Assembly: GCA_003971905.1 (NCBI GenBank)
Contig: RSEE01000005.1
Location: forward strand, 1,178,001 to 1,242,000
From: Moniliella sp. 'wahieum'
Lineage: Eukaryota
Length of the DNA stretch: 64,000 nt
Direction: 5' to 3'
The notes below the pieces were generated by a model. That model saw only the letters and a program-made list of their open reading frames with translations. It ran no database searches and had not been told where the DNA came from. Numbering within the stretch: position 1 is the first letter of the stretch; every line of letters begins with the position of its first letter. A program made the position numbers and the translations under genes. Of this stretch, positions 36,679 to 50,071 are shown one piece after another.

Positions 36679-39223
36679 ATGCCTCTCCGTACGTCCTCCT
36701 CCTCCCGCCCCTGCTCCCCGCTGATGCGCCGGCCTGCGCCGCTTCCTCCCTAGGTTCGCGCTCGGCGCCCAACGCGCTGCTGCGCACCGCCGTCGCAGCC
36801 ACTGTCGCTGCTGTGACAGTCGCCAGCGTCGCTGCCAAGGGCTCGTCCCCCTCTCCCTCCAATGGCGGTGCCCCCACCAGCTCCATCGACAACCCCGACC
36901 TCTGGGACCTGGCCAACAACCACGCCAAGGCCGGCAATGCCGACACGCCCTTCTACGGCAGCACCGACCTGTACGGCAACCCCATCTTCCTCAACGACTT
37001 TGACCCCGCCGCTCCCTTCCACGCCGACGCCGCGATGCAGTGCAAGGACAATGCCACTGGCCTCTCCCTCCAGAACCTGCGCCAGCACCCGCGTGTCATG
37101 GTCCCCGGCTACCAGTGGGACTGCCTCTCGCAGCGCATCGCCAAGGACGGCTACCTGACCCTGATGAACGACAGCGTCTTTACCAACGCAACCAACTGGT
37201 ACAACATGCCCCCTACCAACTATTCCATCGACGGCGGCTACGCTGGTTCGGGTATTTTGGACGTGGCGCGCGAGGTGCAACGCCGCGTGCGCGCCTGGGG
37301 CTATGCCTACCGCGTCACTGGCGACAAGAAGTGGGTCAACCGTACCTGGACCGAGCTTCAGACTGCCGCCGGCAACACGTCCCAACCCTTTGGCCAAGGC
37401 CCGGCTCCGCTGCCAGACCAGCACTGGAACCCGGTTCACTTCCTTGACACGGGTGAGATGACGGCTGCGTTTGCGATTGGCTATGATTGGCTCTACGACG
37501 CCTGGACGCCCCAACAGCGTGAGGCCATCCGTTGGTCCATCATCACTCTTGGTCTTACGCCTGGTCTCGAATCCTACAATGGGAACGGCACCATTGGCTG
37601 GTGGACCGAACCGGCCAACGGCGACGGCAACTGGAACTGTGTGTGCAACTCGGGTCTCCTGCTCGGTGCCCTTGCGATTAATGGCGACGACGGGGATGAC
37701 CCGCAGCACACGTCATCACAGGTCCTGACCAAGGGTCTGGAGAACTTGCGCGACAACTGCTTCCAAGCGCCTTATGAGGACGGTACCTGGCCCGAGACTC
37801 CCAACTACTGGTACTTTGGCACCAATGCTGCCGCTCGCGTCGAGTCTGCTCTCATCTCTGCCACCGGTTCGAACCAAAACCTCAACACGGACTTTTACAA
37901 GACTGGTTTCTTCCACATGTACGTCTCTGGCATGGCCGGCATGATGGCTTACGGCGACCACGGTCCCAACAAGTACTCAACCAATGCCAACGGCATGCTT
38001 TGGTGGGGCAAGCAATACAACCAGACCCTTCTCTCCCTCTTCCAGCGTGACCGTGCGGATGCGCTGGGCGACCCGCTCGCGCTGTTCTGGTACGACGAGA
38101 CGGTTAAGGGTGCTTTCTGGAATGGTCTCCCGCTCGACCGCTTCTTTGACGATACGCGTGGCTCGTGGGTCTCCATGCGCTCTTCGTGGACCAACTGGAA
38201 CGGCACCTACATTGCCATGAAGGCCTCCAACTTGACCGGTCACCAGACCCATGGCGACCTGGATGTGGGTGACTTTGTGTTTGATGCGATGGGAACCCGT
38301 TGGGCTGGCGAGTATGGCTCGGCGCAGTACCTTTCGGATGGTTACTTCTCGACGGAGGTGGAGACGTCGCAGCGCTGGACCTACTTCCGCAAGATGACCC
38401 AGGGTCAGAACACGATCCTGGTCGATGGCCTGAACCAACAAGTCAACTGCGCCCCGGTCAACAAGTTTGGTTCGACCAACGTGACCCAGTCGGCATCGGT
38501 AGACTATGCGCCCGGTGTCAACGACACGGCCTTCTTTGTGACGGACATGAGCTCGGCGTACAACCAGTCGGCTGGTTCGGTGCAGCGTGGAATTCGCTTC
38601 CTCAACGCGCGGCGACAAATGCTGTTGCAGGACGAGATCAAGGGGGGCGTGGCCAAGTCGTCCCTGTCGTGGCACGTGCAGACCAACGCGACGGTGCAGG
38701 TCAACGGCACACACTGCTACCCTCACCATTTCCGACCTGGCCAACCCCAACGCGGCGACCGACGAGCTGTTCTACACGTTCCCGCAAAAACAACTCAAGA
38801 TCACCATCCTCGAACCGGCCAACGCCACGTTCAAAACCGAGGGACCACCCGCAGGCAACGGGTGTGTACGTCAACAACTTTGGCGACCCTGTCAACACCA
38901 ACGTGACCCTGCTTACTATTGACTTGCCCACCACGTCGGACGTGACACTGCAAACGTGGTGGCAGCCGCAGTGGGACAACCTCGGAAAGGGCGACACGAC
39001 ACAACCGCCTTCGGTTGCGCTCGGCCAATGGTCTGTCGAGAGCCACAACGTGGTGGCTAACGCTACCTCGCCCTGGGGCAGCAACGGCGGCAACACCCCC
39101 TCCTCGTCGTCTGGCTCTTCGTCTTCTTCTTCCAAGCCCAAGCACAGCTCGGCCGCCGGCCTGGTCGCCAAGCCGGCCGTGCTGCTTGCCGCTGCGCTGG
39201 GGGCGGTGGCGTACGTGCTCTAA
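36679..39223 (+). CDS. Heparinase II/III-like polysaccharide lyase, secreted and probably GPI-anchored
   Basis: Exon 1 36679-36688, intron 36689-36753, then a signal-like segment. Motifs HWNPVHFLDTGEMTAAFAIGYDWLYD, GNWNCVCNSG, WPETPNYWYFG and HGDLDVGDFVFDAMGTRWAGE. Ser-rich spacer and hydrophobic C-terminal tail (AVLLAAALGAVAYVL*). Confidence 0.88.
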
Positions 39224-40382
39224 GCAGCTACGTACCCCTGCGGCTGCGCCTCTGTCGTAGCATACGATACGTGCGCCTACCTAGTATTGGTCTCACTTGG
39301 ATCCGTCTCGAGGATCCTGCTTTCGTCTAGCCGCTCTGGCCTCTCTCCCTCCCCTCCCCTCCCGTGCTCTCGTTTTCCTTTTCTTCCGCCTTGTGTCGGC
39401 GGGTTGGTGCGTGTTGGATGTCCCGGTGACCGCGACGTGCGCTCTCGGCGTCGCACCTGCGCGCACCACCGCGTCTCGGATCTCATCTCAGCTAGCAACT
39501 TGCATTGTTCGAACCCTGCATCCTACAGGAACAGACGGTATGGTATTGTCGAAAGATCACGCTGGTCATCCGCGCTGGGCACGTAATACTCATATGTGGG
39601 ATCTAAGGAAACTGGATATTATGTGGCTGGTTGCCCGTTGGAGATTGTCGGCCCCCGAACGACAGACCACAGACAAGCGTATTATTAGGGTAATGGAAGG
39701 CAATGGAACCGGTCCACACCGTTCGTCATTAGGACCCCGAGAGGAGAGGACGTGTTAGGAGCTCGGCATGCAGTGGTACCATGACCCGTTTCTCGCTCTT
39801 CTACGATTCCTTTCCTCTGTTTACTATCAGTCAGGGGCTGGCCATGATGGCCCTTTTTGGTCATTGACTCCTATGGTGGTACTCGGTTCCCCTCCAATGC
39901 GCTCGGATTCGTCAGGCCATTATACGGAGTATCAACTTCTGCTTCCTGGTCCTACGGGCGTGGTTGCTCAGTGCCAGGCACGACCGTTTGTAACCGAGCC
40001 ACGACTAAGATCGGAGAGGGCTTAAGAGTAGTGTGCCACTAACCCAGACAGTGACGAAGGGAACAGCTGAGAGAACTTGGCGCTAGTATATTTCGGCACA
40101 ATATCTAAGAGACGTTATATACGCGTTCTCGATTCTGGTCGGGTTTGACCTCAAACGTGGCGGGGAAATCCGCCAGAGGGCGCGCGAGTCAGCCTGCCTT
40201 GAGCTTCGCCTGAGTCTCCCGTCTTCCTAGCTGCCAGCTCCGTCAGACGAGCGATGCGCAGCTGAGGGGTACCTGAGGGGCTCATGTCGGGTGCTGGGTC
40301 GACCGGCGTGACGCGTGACCTGACGCGCAACTGCACCTTTTCCGTCGTCGTCGTCGTCGTCTCGCCCCGGCCCAACATACGA

Positions 40383-43195
40383 TCATTTCGATCGTTGCAC
40401 GGACACGTTCATGCGGTTCATGCCGGAAGAAAAGTATGTGCTATCAAACCAGCATCTGGACTGCCCAGTGCTGGGGGAGTCTCGTCGCCCCCTGATGTCT
40501 TTGCCTCTGCGTCCGACCCCCTCCTGTGCTATGGTTGCGGTCCCCAGTTTGGATCGCACGACGTTAGGGGCATTATTGGAGACCAACTTGCTCGCTACGA
40601 GACACCGAGACCAAGATCGAGACTGAGACCGAGACCGAGACGGAGAACAGAAGACCCAGCATATGGGCCAGTGGACTTTAGACGGAAAAAGAAGAAAACA
40701 ATCAGAAAAGCCAGCACACTGTGCACCAATCACCTCTTTGCATACCGCGCCGACGAGGAGGAACGGGAGCGGGCGCTGTGGGAGGGCGGGCAAGCTAGAG
40801 GACGACTGGGCGCGGCGGGTGAGAGAGGCCAACTGCGCTGCGCGCTGCTCAAATCGGTCCGGGTCGCCCTGGACCGAAGCTAAGATGACGTGCAACTGGC
40901 TCCGGCGCAGGTCCGGCGCCTGATCCAAATACTGCACAAACAACATCTCAATCCGCTCCCGCGCCCGCGCCACGCTCATCTCCGGACCAAGCCAGTAGGG
41001 CAGATGCACTTGGCTCAGACCATAGTCCTCCTTCAGACCACGAAGTTGACGACGGAACGCGGCTACGCCCGAGCTAGCGGCGGCGGGGGCGGCGGCCTTG
41101 CGCCGCTTCTCCCCCGCTTCGGAAGCGTGGCCGACAGTGCTGGCCGACGGCTTGGCGGGCGCCGAGTCGATCCGCTTGCTCGGTTTCGCTGCCACGCGCG
41201 GACGTGGGACAAGCACCTCGGGCGGAGGCGTGAGATCGGACGAGTCGGAATCATACTCGTACCGAGGCGGCGGCGAGGCAGCACGGCGTTTGGCCTTCTT
41301 GTTGCTCTTGTCGCCCTCCGCGTCGGCAGAAGCGCCCCAGAAGCGCTTCAACGTGGCCTGCTGCGACGGCGCCGGGTAGGTCTCGGTGGGAACGGGGCCA
41401 GGTCGTTTTCTCAGGGATGAGAGCCGCGCTTTGGCTGAGGGTGCGGCCGCAGCAGGGAGAGGATCGGCTGGCACGGGCGACCCTTCAAGAGAAACGGAAT
41501 TGTCTGTTGGTCCCGGAAGGTGTACCTCCTCCTGGGTCTCATCTTGGGCTTCATCTCGGGTCTCCTCTGGGGCCTCCTCTTGGGCTTCCTCTGGGGCCTC
41601 CTCTTGGGTTTCCTCTTGGACCTCCTCTTGGACCTCCTCTTGGGCTTCCTCTTGGATCTCCTCTTGAACCTCCTCTTGGGCTTCCTCTTGGGCTTCCTCT
41701 TGGGCTTCCTCTTGGGCTTCCTCTTGGGCTTCCTCTTGGGCTTCCTCTTGGGCTTCCTCTTGCACTTTCAATTGCGCTTCCACCGACGCCTCCGCTTTGC
41801 TGCCCACCTCGGAAACAGGCATCAGATCTGTGCCATTGTCTACTTCCAACACACGACGGAGTCCCGTGCCGAAACAAAGGAAGCTGTCGTGTTGAGATGC
41901 AAAGGATCCTGTGGGTCTCCTTCGACTTGCTGAATCGCCTCCTCCCGGCTTGTTTGGTCTTGAGTGGCTGCCACCTCCAGAGACGCTTCCCTCTCTTCAC
42001 TTATTTCAAGGCGGCGCAGCTTCTTGGCGAGAGCTACGTATGTCTCTGGTTCACGCTCGTACTCGTCGCGCCACACTTGCGCCGAAGGACCGTCCGGTTG
42101 CTGAGGCAAGGTCAGCCAACGTCTGGCTCAGAAAGAGGAAAGAGAAGAGGGGGGTACATACTGCGCGAGCCAACTCGTCAAAGAATTCAGTCGGCAGGTT
42201 AATTTGTGACTCGGCCTCCTCTTCCTGCACTTGACCATTCTGCAACCAGGAAGCAAAGAAGCAGACCATGAAGTCCCGCTGCTTGTCGTCCAAGGGAGAA
42301 GCTTCCTTTGCGGGGCTCGAGCGGGTAGGCAGGGCAGCATTTTCGGTGATCTTGCTGATGGCATTCGCCTCCTGCGTGGGCTCAGACAGCTCGTTCTCGT
42401 TCTCGGCCACCCGAACTTCCGGTTCACAGTGGGAAGGGTCACTCGCGTTGGCCTCGTGGGTACTAGCTTGGGGCTCCTGGTCTTGGTGGGAGAAGGCAAG
42501 CTGGGGGAACGTTCCGATGGCTTTTGAACGGGGTTCTGAGTCGAAGTTGGGGCGGTACCCATCCCTTGGCCGGTCACGCTCACATCCTTCCCTGCCGTCG
42601 AACTTGGGGTTTCAGACGAAGGCGGTGGCGCGGTCGTGACAGGCTGCTGCACTGGCGCCTTCTCCGTCTTCACCGGCAGCGTAGCCCCCTTCAGATCGCT
42701 GCCTTTCTTGGGATCTTGTTGGATGGGCTCCGAATCCGACTCAAACTCTTGCTGTTCATAGTCACTTGGCCGTTCCGTCTCGTGGGCCGGCAAGGGGAGC
42801 GCCGGTGAGGCTTGCCGGACGGGGCGGGGCGGAGCGGCAGTAGGGGTAGGCCGGGAATTGGGGACGGGCTGGTACGTCGCAGACGGGGCAGTATCGTGTT
42901 CCTTGGCGAGCTGGTGGTAGGAGCGCCAGGACCCGAGCGAGCCAAAGCGGCGCAACTGGTCGGAGATGTAGGTCTGGTAAGACCACGCAGTGTGGCGTGG
43001 GCAGATCTCGGCGAGGTGGCGAGCGACTTTGAGCCCTTTGTGGGAATCCTTGGTGTGCTCGAGGACAGTGATGATGGTATCAATGTCATCGAGCGTGTAG
43101 GGCAGGCGGGAGGACGCGTGGGACTGGCGCGGGGGGGGGGGCGGGGCGGGGCGCGCGCGGGGCGGAATGGCGTCCCAGGGCAGGTGGCGTGGCAT
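40383..43195 (-). CDS. Myb-like domain protein, Rap1-like candidate, with acidic QEEA repeat
   Basis: RLPYTLDDIDTI...ARHLAEICPRHTAWSYQTY and, across intron 42101-42161, FFDELAR-QPDGPSAQVWRDEYE both resemble Rap1-type Myb domains. Helical C-terminal domain. 3' end uncertain (possibly ~40730). Confidence 0.55.
41530..41762 (-). repeat. Coding 12-bp tandem repeat (QEEA/QEEV/PEEA)
   Basis: The + strand unit TTGGGCTTCCTC and variants repeats in tandem, encoding QEEAQEEAQEEA on the minus strand. Confidence 0.9.
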
Positions 43196-43440
43196 ATGGG
43201 TGGGTGGGCGTGGCGCAGCGCTGGCGCGGGGGCCAGGCAGATGGTGATGGTGGTGGTGGAGGGGCGACGCGATGGCCTGGATTCGGGGCTGCGCGAGGGC
43301 AGCTTTCCCACCCGACGCGTCGGAGGATGCAACTTGCAACTGCAACTTGCAACTTCCAATTGCAAGCAATGTTTCATGGCCGGGTGTGGGCCACTCATTA
43401 CGGGTTTCGCGCCGAGTCGGCTGGCTTGGCCGCCACCGCC

Positions 43441-44724
43441 ATGGTCGTCCGTGGGCGCGGCGCCTATACGCCCCACCTGCGCCCCCCCGCCGGCCGCATC
43501 AGCGAGTACCGCGCCCTCGCCGGCCTCCCCCGCTCCTCCGATGCACTTGACCTGCTCGTCCGCGTAGGCCAAGCCGTCGCGCCCCTGCTCGCCCGCCACT
43601 CCTGGCGTGTCCCCCTGCTGGCCGAGATGCGGCCGCAGGACCGCAACCTTCTCGGGCTCAACGTCAACAAGGGGCAGAAGATCTGTCTCCGGCTCCGTCC
43701 AGGCGCACATTCCGACCCTCTTCCTGAGGGTCTCGACACCTTTCTTGACTTTGACAGCCTCGTTCAAACCATGCTCCACGAACTCACCCACATCGTCCGC
43801 GGCCCCCACGACGATGTCTTTTGGTCCACTCTTCAGCGTCTGTCCGATGAGCACCACTCGCTTTCCCGTGCCGGTCCGGCTGCCTTGTCCTTCACTGAGC
43901 CTGGCCATCGCCTGGGCGCTTCCGGTGGTGCCCGCCTCGCTGGCACCACTCCCCGGCGCGAGGTATTGGCTGTTCGCCCTCCTGCTCCTCGGGGCGGTCA
44001 TGACCGCCTTGGTGGTGCTGGACTCCCGCGAGGCGCTCCCCCCTCTGCCGTGGCAGCAGCAGCTGCTGCTGCTGCACAGCGGCGTATTCAACAGGCCGGC
44101 TCTTGTCCTGATTCGGCTGCCGCGGCCCATGAGCTGGAACTAGCCGCAGAGCAAGACGAAAAGGAAAATGGTGTGGAGACGATTGTTGTCTCCGACGCGG
44201 ATTCCGATTCCGATCCTGAGGGGAACGAAGTGGTTGCACAGGTGCGCCAACAACCTCCTCATCCCCCTCATCCCGAGAAGCCTTCAGCATCACAAGGGGA
44301 TGACAGTATTGTTTGTGTGGCGGGGCCCTCACGGGGAACTAAACGGGATTATCCTTTCGCCGGCTCAGCCATCGTGCTGGACAGTGGGAGTGAGGAGGAA
44401 GATGAAAATGAAAATGAAAATGACACTGTTCTTATCACGCGCCACATCCCGCCCCCACCCCTAGCCAATGGCTGGTCATGCGAAGCTTGTACGCTCCGCA
44501 ATCGCTCGAAAGCGTTGCGTTGTGCCGTATGTGATGCGCCCCGGCCTCGATGGAATGTTCTGGGCCAGAGCGCCAGAGCCAAGTTGCTTCACGCCCCTGC
44601 ACCGACCAAGTCCACGATTGGTGATCCCAAAGCGTGGCGGTGTTCCTGCGGATGGATTATGGCCCATGAGGAAGCACAACGGTGGATGTGCACGTCATGC
44701 GGGAAAATTCGAACGACGAGTTAA
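43441..44724 (+). CDS. WSS1: DNA-protein crosslink metalloprotease Wss1 (WLM domain, C-terminal RanBP2-type zinc fingers)
   Basis: LLGLNVNKGQKICLRLR, TMLHELTHIVRGPHDDVFW (HExxH), GHRLG, SIM-like IVVSD/IVLDS, and WSCEACTLRN..CAVCD. Uninterrupted ORF. Confidence 0.93.
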   Translation: MVVRGRGAYTPHLRPPAGRISEYRALAGLPRSSDALDLLVRVGQAVAPLLARHSWRVPLLAEMRPQDRNLLGLNVNKGQKICLRLRPGAHSDPLPEGLDTFLDFDSLVQTMLHELTHIVRGPHDDVFWSTLQRLSDEHHSLSRAGPAALSFTEPGHRLGASGGARLAGTTPRREVLAVRPPAPRGGHDRLGGAGLPRGAPPSAVAAAAAAAAQRRIQQAGSCPDSAAAAHELELAAEQDEKENGVETIVVSDADSDSDPEGNEVVAQVRQQPPHPPHPEKPSASQGDDSIVCVAGPSRGTKRDYPFAGSAIVLDSGSEEEDENENENDTVLITRHIPPPPLANGWSCEACTLRNRSKALRCAVCDAPRPRWNVLGQSARAKLLHAPAPTKSTIGDPKAWRCSCGWIMAHEEAQRWMCTSCGKIRTTS

Positions 44725-45785
44725 CCGCCCCTACTGAATGAAAACGGCAACCTCGGGCACTTCGTGATTGAGCTGGAGACTTGACGTTTGAGCTTGACCG
44801 CCAAGGGTCACGGTGACTCTCGCTCGACCCCACCAGGCTGCCACATCTTAATTTGCGTGAGATCGCGGAGATCATACCTGGCAGCCGCCACACGAAAAGG
44901 ACCACAACACTGTGCAGAGGAAAGCCCCCTATTGTCTCTTTTCTTTCTCTCACCCCTTCGGTCTTTTCTTTTGGCTTTGCTATATCGGATCGATGGGCTG
45001 CTCGTCCGCGGAGTAGGCCGTATGGTGGTCGAAAACGGATGCCCCCCGGACATCCGCCTATGGAAGCCGAAGTGTGTGACAATCCCTCCGACACAGCAGG
45101 AAGTTGACTGTGTTGACTATACTGCTGACTCACCATGAGTACGTGAGTACTCATCTTTTGTATTTACCCCAGCCCATTTATGTGACTGCTTCTTGGGACA
45201 GCATGGCCACATGGCCTTGCCACCTCACATGGTTGAGGCACCCTCTGGTACTCCTCCTTCCCAAGATAGGTACGCTATGGACCGACATTGACGAAAGGAG
45301 GGAAGGTTGTGTGCCGCGTGGATGTTAATGAATGTGGCGCATCGATAATTGAGATCTGATAGCACGGACCCCCGTTGTCTTCGGCCTTCCTCTTGTGATA
45401 TGGGAGCACTGACCTCTGCGCAGCGCAGTCTCGGCTTAGTCTGGGATGCAGAGGGCGGAGCGCAAGCGTTGTCTTCCCTTGCTCTCAAAGCGGCACACAT
45501 GGCGCAGACGCGTGGGAGGGCCCGCGAGGTGGTGGTGGTCCGAGGCGAGCTCCGAGCTCCGATAGCTCCGACCTGCGTCGGCGGTCTGTCAAGTGATTTA
45601 TTACAAAGTCCGACCAACCGAGACCAAAGCGGCAGGCAGCAGATCAGCCATCAGCCACGCACGGGCCACCAGCGCTTCCGTAACCAGCTGGATTCGCGCT
45701 TTAAAAGCACCAGCCTGTCTGTACGTTGGCTATCGTCTTTGCCACCCCCCCACCCCACCCGCCTTCGTATCCCCACTACTTCGCC

Positions 45786-46535
45786 ATGTCTTCCACCCAG
45801 CTTCGCCCCGGGCGCCTGCAGCACGACGCACTCGGATCAGAGGAGCAGTACGCCAAGTTGGCCAAGTCGATCGACTACCACGATTCGAAGCTGCTGTTTG
45901 AGTCCAAGCGCAAGGGCTACGACCCAGCCTACCTCGAGAAGATCTATTTTGCTAATACCGAGCAGCATGGTCTCATGCCCATCTCCATCTCGCGGTCCCA
46001 GGGCAAATTCCTCTACTTGCAGACCAAGCTCGTGCGCGCCAAGAAAGTGATTGAGGTGGGCATGCTGGGAGGATACTCGACGCTGTGGATGGCCTATGCC
46101 CTACCCCCCGACGGCAAGGTGACCGCCTTTGACATTGACCCCCATGCGGCCGAGGTGGCGCGGGCCAACTTTGTTGGCGCTGGTCAAGCGGTCAACAGCA
46201 AGATTGACATTGTGCTTGGCTCGGCAGTGGAGGAGCTGGCCAAATTGCCTACCCCCCAATCACGCGACGAGGAGGTCGACCTTGTCTTTATTGATGCCGA
46301 CAAGCCTAATTACCCAGCGTATTACAAGGAAGCCAAGCGCCTCGCTCCTCATGGCCTCATCATCCTTGACAATATGGTCCAGGCCGGCAGGGTGGCCGAC
46401 GAGACCAATCCTCAAGTAAAGGGCCAGAGGGAGGCACTGGACCTGATTGAAAACGATGCGCAGGCCGAAGCGGTCACGCTCCACTCCATCAACGATAAGA
46501 GCATCGATGGCTTCACTTTGGTCCTTCTCTCCTAA
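45786..46535 (+). CDS. Cation-dependent SAM O-methyltransferase (Methyltransf_3; catechol/caffeoyl-CoA OMT-like)
   Basis: ISISRSQGKFL, VIEVGMLGGYSTLWMA, DLVFIDADKPNYPAYY and IILDNMV motifs. Intronless. Confidence 0.92.
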   Translation: MSSTQLRPGRLQHDALGSEEQYAKLAKSIDYHDSKLLFESKRKGYDPAYLEKIYFANTEQHGLMPISISRSQGKFLYLQTKLVRAKKVIEVGMLGGYSTLWMAYALPPDGKVTAFDIDPHAAEVARANFVGAGQAVNSKIDIVLGSAVEELAKLPTPQSRDEEVDLVFIDADKPNYPAYYKEAKRLAPHGLIILDNMVQAGRVADETNPQVKGQREALDLIENDAQAEAVTLHSINDKSIDGFTLVLLS

Positions 46536-48012
46536 CCGGCGCCATTCCTAATCTGAAAACGTGTATTGACCCACTACGGGTCCATCCAAGCCTACAACAA
46601 TACTAACCTGACCAGTGCCTGTATACTGCGCCCCACGCATCATCTCAAAATCGATATTCGTGACCTCGATGACCTAGGGCCATTTGCCCTTCTTCTCTCA
46701 ACGATACAGCTTATTGATCGTAGCGATGTTCAAGCCGTTTCACAAACCCAAGGAGATGGTGGGGCGCGATGGAAGTATAGCTCCCACGTATAGATTCAAG
46801 TTAGTAGTGCAGGTCATGCATGGTCCCTATGCCGCAATCGTACGCGGTAGGTTCCCTCGAAACGATTGACCGTTAGTGCTGGGCGCCATTCAGAGGTGAC
46901 CAATCGACTCATTGTGGGGAGAACACTGATGAAGGTCAGAAGTCAAGCTGAGCTCCACATATCCTAGCTGGGGGGCCGCCTTGATGGAAATGCGAATCGC
47001 TCCGCGCCTCGTCTCAAATTGGGCCAGACGTGGCATCATGTCGCTTGGATCAACGGCCAAACCACAGTCCTGATCAACGTCGCACCCTCTGCGCATACTC
47101 CCGTATGCAGGCTATGGCCCACACATAACCACTTCCTATGCCAGTTGAGGGTTGGGGAAGAGGACTTTTTGTACTCGTAACTGCCCGCAGTGGCGAATGC
47201 TGATGGCAAGCGTCATGCTGGTCAAGCACCTAAGATAATAGCACAGATCGCCATTCGGACGAAGGGGACAGATACGATGATACAATTGCTCGCTCTTCCC
47301 TTTAAGATACTAGACAGAGCAAGCTGCCACCACATGTTGCTTCCATACGAATGGCACCTGCTACAGGACCGACTTGATCGGCACGGCCTCCATTTGTCGT
47401 CCACCTCAAGGTCACATGCGAAATTCACATAGTCCTCTTTGGCGATTCTCCACCTCGATTGACAGGCAAAAGATCAGTGTGCTTCCCACATCACCTTCAT
47501 GCACCTGCGACGATCGTTGGATTGGGCCAGTCGCTCACGCTCTGATTTTTGCCCATGTTGTAAGCGAATTCACGAGAGATGGGGGGGCTAAGGACGGTAA
47601 TCTGGTCGTCACCTGGGGCGATGAAGGTGCACACTTCAGCACTGAATTATACGTGTCCCCCGGCCAAGAAAGTGTCCTTGTTGGCACGAGAGTCTCGTAT
47701 ACGGAAGATCCACGGATCTGCCCCTGCCATCTATTGTCTGGCACCCACTACCATCATTGGGCTGTGCACACAACAACATCATCCCAGAACGCGTTTCTCT
47801 TCTACCTCAGTATCGCGTTCTTGTCAAGTAAAGAGACAGGAAGGTGGCAAGACTAAAAGGGGGGGTGGCACAGCCAGGGCCAAAGCTGTCGTGCATTAGT
47901 AGCATCTAGCGAAGGGGCAGATTTTGGACAACAAGGGCGTCGGCAGGAAGAGGAGGAAAAAGAGAGACTCGTGGGGGGCTCGCCAGACTCAGATGGGCCA
48001 AGTGGGAAATCA

Positions 48013-48920
<908 letters not shown>

Positions 48921-49453
48921 GGGAGGATGAGGCAGGCGACGAACTGCAGCGCTGGAAGCGGGAAGGAGGAGAAGAAGTTGAAAGAGCGCTGGCAGCCGCC
49001 AAGTCCGAACGAGCCGGCTGGGCCGGCCCCCCCAAACCGGTCGGCTCAGGCTGAGCACGGACGGTCAGCGGTCAGCTGACCCGCAGCAGCCGCGCTCTCG
49101 GCCGTGTCAGCATGCCACATGCCATGCCTGTGGCATGTCCGTCTGTGCGCCCCAACCCTACCCAGAGCAACCCTAGTGCGGGTGCGCAGGTGCCAGCACG
49201 TGCCAGCCTGCGGGCGGCTCGTGTGCCCTGCCTCCCCCCCCCCAGCACCCAGCCAGTGTACCGCGGGGCTGCCCACGCTCCGGACGAAGGCACACTATGC
49301 TAGGGTTGCGTGCTGCCATCGATCACCGACCATTGTTCATCAATCATCGACCACCGCCCATCGAGACTGTCGTCCATCTCCCCCGTACCAGCCGGCCGTT
49401 GCCGCCCGGCTGGATCTTGATCCTGCCAGGCGCACCCCCCACCACTCTCCATC

Positions 49454-50071
49454 ATGGCTGCCCGCACCGTCTTTTCCAGGCTGCCCTCGGTGCCCGCCTT
49501 GCGCCCGCCTTCGCTGCCGCTGCGCGTCCCTCGGCCCTGCGCATCGCCACGCCTGCCCTGTCCGCACGCGCCCTCCACAGCTCTCCCCGCGCGCTCGAGG
49601 TGATTACGCGCTACACCAAGGAGCATGAGTGGATCGCCTACGACACCGAGTTGAACATTGGCACCATTGGCATCACGGACCATGCCCAGAATACGTTGGG
49701 CGACACCACCTTCATTGACCTCCCTGGCTTGGGTATGGAGTTTGAGGCGGGTGGTACGTAGACTCTCGCTGTGGCTGATGCTCCGCCGCCTGTGTGTCCC
49801 AAGCACGAAGTACTAACCTCGCCCCGCCCTGCCTCCCACAGACTCGATTGGTGGTGTCGAGTCGGTCAAGGCCGGTCCGACATTTACGCCCCGTGTCGGG
49901 GATCGTGGAGGCAGTCAACGAGCAGCTGCAGGACAACCCTGGTTTGATCAACAAGTCTCCCGAAGACAAGGGCTGGCTGCTCAAGGTCCGCCTGGCCAAC
50001 CCTGCCGAGGTGGAGACGTTGCTCAAGAAGGACACGTACGACACCTGGTCCAGGAGGAGGCGGACGCCTAA
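49454..50071 (+). CDS. GCV3: Glycine cleavage system H protein, mitochondrial
   Basis: Mitochondrial presequence, YTKEHEWI, TIGITDHAQNTLGD, ESVKA lipoyl-lysine motif after an intron, and INKSPEDKGWL. Confidence 0.95.

Noticed and set aside
41417..42202. Plus-strand ORFs with GLPL/LGFL repeats, and other long antisense ORFs
   Set aside because: Shadow frames of the QEEA repeat and of GC-rich genes.
45786..46535. Horizontal transfer of the intronless O-methyltransferase
   Set aside because: Intronless genes are common here, the family occurs in fungi and composition is unremarkable. A phylogeny would be needed.
46560..47860. Lower-GC segment as a degraded gene or TE
   Set aside because: No recognisable protein motif in any frame.
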